A stretch of DNA of 64,000 nucleotides from a virus (Duplodnaviria; Caudoviricetes), in the IMG/VR virus record IMGVR_UViG_3300032167_003270, positions 64,001 to 128,000 of that record; one strand, given 5' to 3'. Numbering within the stretch: the stretch's first letter is position 1; each line of letters begins with the position of its first letter. Made by a program: the position numbers and the translations under genes. The notes under the pieces were generated by a model. The model did no database searches and was not told the origin of the DNA. It was given only the letters and a program-made list of their open reading frames with translations. Shown here piece after piece: positions 60,831 to 64,000 of the stretch.

Positions 60831-61029
60831 ATATTTATTGCCCCCTAAATATTGTAATATTAAAATCATTGATTTATACTTATATTATATCAAATAATAT
60901 TTTATTTGTCAACAAATTTTATAAATTTCTTACTTATATATAATATGCAAGTTGTCATTATAATATAACTGAAAAAAGCAATAAAATTTAATAATTTGTC
61001 CAAAATTTTTAAAAATTATGGTAAATATC

Positions 61030-61123
61030 TTATGTAAACTTAAAAGTTTGTAATTATTATTGTAAATATATTATGTAAACCAAAAGCCCACACATAATTA
61101 TAATATAAACAAGTTATGTAAAC
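61030..61123 (+). repeat. Three TTATGTAAAC direct repeats
   Basis: 61030, 61071 and 61114 (spacing 41 and 43 bp). Confidence 0.75.
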
Positions 61124-61155
61124 CTATATAATTAAATAGGTATTTATAAAAAAGA

Positions 61156-61189
61156 AGAGATACCTACCAATAAATCAGTAAGTATCTCT
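61156..61189 (-). terminator. Terminator after the adhesin gene
   Basis: AGAGATAC...GTATCTCT stem. Confidence 0.55.
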
Positions 61190-61217
61190 CTTTTTGTATA
61201 TTAAACTATATTATTTA

Positions 61218-63998
61218 CTAAACACTACTATCGTTATCTGTTACATTTGAATTTTCTTCAATAGAAGTTTCTTCAATTTCACTTTCAACGATTTCAAGGT
61301 TTGTGTCAGTAGTAGTTTCTTCATTAGAATTTTCCTTATCGGAATTTTCTTCATCAGATTTCTTTTTGCCACGAGTAGCAAATAAGATAACTACACCAAC
61401 AATACCAATTCCAAGTAATGCCACCAAGATAATAATAGGAGTATTATCTCCTGTTTTAGGTGGAATAATAATAATTTCGTCTAAAACACTAATCTTAATC
61501 AGGTCAGTTCCAAGTCCTTCTCTATCTCCACTAGGGTAGATTTCAAATTTATCTTCACATAACTGATAACCACGAGGGGCTTTAGTTTCCATAGCATAGA
61601 ATTGGTCATCTTCACTATAATAAATCACAGTAAAGTCAATGCGACCATTTTCATCTGTCATACCAACACAATCTTTACCATTAATATCTTTTGCGATAGT
61701 ATCTGGTGCTCCATTTACACCTTTCTTAAAGATAGTAATTTCTGCATCTTTTAAGAAATAAGTTACATTGGCTCTATCAGCCTTTGCAATTTGTGCGTGT
61801 AATTTAAGTGGAACGATGATAGTTTGTGCATCATCATTTATGTCAGCGTGAATTGCCATTTCAACATCTTCCATATAAATTGATTCAAATGCTACTAAAT
61901 GCTTTCCTGCATATTTAGATGCGTCAATAGTAAATTCTACATCAATAGTACCATTAGGTTCTTCTGCAACAAATGTTACAGATGATGTTACGATATTACC
62001 ATCAGCGTCCTTAACATATTCGTATTTATAATCTTTATCAAGAGTTAAATCTTTATTTGTTGATTTAGGTTTAACAACCCAATTACCAACAACAGTATAT
62101 TCTTGACCTACAATTAAATTACTATATGTTACAGTATCAGTAATTTTAGCAGTTTTTGAAGTTCCGTCAATAATATTGTCATTATCAACAGGGTCGATTG
62201 CTTTTGTTTTACAATCAGGAACATAAATTGTTTGGTCTAAATCATTAATATCTGTATGTTTTGCACATAATTTACCGTTATAGTAAATATACTCATACAC
62301 AACAATATCGTGACCTGCAATATCAACAGCAGTTGACATATCAATTTCAACATTCACTTTTGTTGATACAGTATTTGCAACTGTTTCAAGTTGAGTTTCT
62401 TTCTCAACAGTAGAATATGAATTATGTCCGTCTGTTTCAATGTGCTCTGTTATACTATCTAATAATTCAGTTTCAAAATCACAATCATTACATTCATAAG
62501 ATGTCTTTGTTTCAGTTGTTACAACTAATGGAGATGTATAAGGTACTGTTGCTACAATATCTTTTCCATCTTTATCCTTAACAAAGATTATTTCTCCTTC
62601 TGTTTCAGAAAGTGTCTTATCAACTACTTTTGTTTCAATAGTATATTCAGTATTAGGTAAGATATACTCTAATGATACCTCGTCTACAATAGTTCCATTA
62701 ACTGCTAAAGTCTTTGTATTTGTATCTTTGTCAGTTGCATTTGTATGAATTTTAGGTACTACAACAGACTGTTCCCAATTATTAGGTACATCTTCTTTTA
62801 ATACCATATCTTCATCATTTGTACTTTCTCCATAATACAAATACTCATAAAATACAATAGTCTTTCCGTCTAAACCTGTAGCGTCAAAAGTAATTGAGAT
62901 TGTTTCTTCTGTTTGACCGTTCCATTCAAATGTTTTAGTATTTGAATAAGGAGTTCCGTCTTCTTTAAGAATTGGTTCTTCGGTTTCAACAATAATAGGT
63001 ACAATCTTTAATGTAAACTTATCGCCTTTAGCAAGTCCACTAGCAGTATCAAAGTTCTTTAATTCTACCTTATCAATTACTGTTTGGTCTACATCAGCAA
63101 GAATCATTTTTCCTGCTGAATCTGCTTCAACAGCAGTTGTTCTAAATTTAGGGTGTAAAATTGTTTGGTTTTCGTCATTGATGTCATTGTGGAAAGCATA
63201 AATAAAATCTTCTCTATCTCCACTTAATCTCAAATCTTCAAACATTACCCAACTCTCATCTTCTTCCCAAGAAGTTTCTGTAAGTAATCTTGTGAAAGTA
63301 ATTTCCACAGGCTCAACACCATTTTCTTCTGTAGGAGTAAATGTATGGTCTTTAGTTACAGGATTTCCGTCTGCATCAAGTACAGTATTTCCTGTTTTGC
63401 CATCTTTAACAGTTGCAGTAAGTACCCAAGACTCATTAGGTTTAACATTTGTATATGTTACATAATCTGTTACAGTTACTTCTTCATATACTTGTGAAAT
63501 AACCTTAAATCCATTTCCATTATGAACTGTCATTAATTCAGTTTTAATTTCTGGTATTCTAACAGTTTGGTTTGTATCATATAAATCTTCGTGTGTAGCA
63601 ATAAGTGTCTTCTGTCCATTAACTTCAATATATACATTCTCATATACTACTAATGTCTTACCAGCATATTTTGAAGAGTCAAATATATATGAAATATTTG
63701 TAGTACCCTCTCCAACAGAAAGAGTTTTTGTTACAGAATTTTCTGCTACTACTTCGCCCTCTTTATATTGTGGTGTTCCATCTGCATTTAATACAGGGTT
63801 GCCATTTCCGTCAAGAACATCTTCACGAACAACAACTTTACCATCAATTAAAGCATCAACTGTTTCAGCACAGTTTGAATAAGTAAGTGTATCAACTAAT
63901 TCTGCTTGAATATCATTAGGAATAACTCCTTGATAACCAGATACAGAACCAGCAGATGTTTCAATCTGTAACCATTTAATTGTTTCAGAATCTACATC
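61218..63998 (-). CDS. VaFE-repeat sortase-anchored surface protein (5' end outside the window)
   Basis: Repeats D.V.Y.N...G..lV.FE/YE...H.DIND..QT; SpaA-like domain; PPKTGD + TM + basic residues. The frame appears open upstream of the ORF-track ATG to the window end. Confidence 0.85.
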   Translation of the reverse strand, partial: DVDSETIKWLQIETSAGSVSGYQGVIPNDIQAELVDTLTYSNCAETVDALIDGKVVVREDVLDGNGNPVLNADGTPQYKEGEVVAENSVTKTLSVGEGTTNISYIFDSSKYAGKTLVVYENVYIEVNGQKTLIATHEDLYDTNQTVRIPEIKTELMTVHNGNGFKVISQVYEEVTVTDYVTYTNVKPNESWVLTATVKDGKTGNTVLDADGNPVTKDHTFTPTEENGVEPVEITFTRLLTETSWEEDESWVMFEDLRLSGDREDFIYAFHNDINDENQTILHPKFRTTAVEADSAGKMILADVDQTVIDKVELKNFDTASGLAKGDKFTLKIVPIIVETEEPILKEDGTPYSNTKTFEWNGQTEETISITFDATGLDGKTIVFYEYLYYGESTNDEDMVLKEDVPNNWEQSVVVPKIHTNATDKDTNTKTLAVNGTIVDEVSLEYILPNTEYTIETKVVDKTLSETEGEIIFVKDKDGKDIVATVPYTSPLVVTTETKTSYECNDCDFETELLDSITEHIETDGHNSYSTVEKETQLETVANTVSTKVNVEIDMSTAVDIAGHDIVVYEYIYYNGKLCAKHTDINDLDQTIYVPDCKTKAIDPVDNDNIIDGTSKTAKITDTVTYSNLIVGQEYTVVGNWVVKPKSTNKDLTLDKDYKYEYVKDADGNIVTSSVTFVAEEPNGTIDVEFTIDASKYAGKHLVAFESIYMEDVEMAIHADINDDAQTIIVPLKLHAQIAKADRANVTYFLKDAEITIFKKGVNGAPDTIAKDINGKDCVGMTDENGRIDFTVIYYSEDDQFYAMETKAPRGYQLCEDKFEIYPSGDREGLGTDLIKISVLDEIIIIPPKTGDNTPIIILVALLGIGIVGVVILFATRGKKKSDEENSDKENSNEETTTDTNLEIVESEIEETSIEENSNVTDNDSSV

Positions 63999-64000
63999 TC

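Noticed and set aside
678-61539. Numerous short plus-strand and nested ORFs in the track (e.g. 678-866, 14771-15031, 28141-28446, 59640-60095, and minus-strand 4453-4974)
   Set aside because: Antisense or off-frame shadows of well-supported genes, without RBS or protein motifs.
1-64000. Stop-codon reassignment, tRNA/rRNA genes, virion genes
   Set aside because: Coding density is high under the standard code and the gene breaks are explained by introns or inteins. No tRNA, rRNA or structural genes were recognised by eye.

Overview
This is a very AT-rich, gene-dense window, almost entirely minus-strand, from a large Firmicutes (Clostridia-like) mobile element. It looks like a conjugative megaplasmid/ICE or a phage-plasmid rather than ordinary chromosome. 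The right half (42.9-64 kb) is a Gram-positive conjugation and surface module: VirD4-like ATPase, VirB6-like and TcpC-like membrane proteins, M23 and C39-like peptidases, signal peptidase I, a Replic_Relax-like nuclease and a sortase-anchored VaFE-repeat adhesin. The rest carries nrdD/nrdG (nrdD is split by a group I intron with a LAGLIDADG ORF), an RpoD-like sigma factor, a class B sortase, a SpoVK/CbbX-like double AAA+ ATPase, free-standing endonucleases and many small hypothetical genes. The main finding is that two membrane-anchored FtsK/SpoIIIE-type ATPases are broken in their Walker A motif, and the intein at each break appears to be split into THREE separately encoded pieces. System 1 is complete here: 15-aa IntN at 14365-14409, a stand-alone middle Hint gene at 9382-9873, and a 41-aa IntC at 969-1091, with a predicted splice product GGTG|SGKS. 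System 2 has an 11-aa Ala-starting IntN at 30062-30094, directly after a contiguous class-3-type intein, and a middle piece at 19598-20182. Its C-piece is not in the window. The FtsK C-half is also interrupted by a group I intron at the window edge. About 18 strand-oriented copies of CTATTTAATTATA upstream of genes suggest an element-specific promoter. All family assignments come from recognising motifs by eye; no database searches were run.
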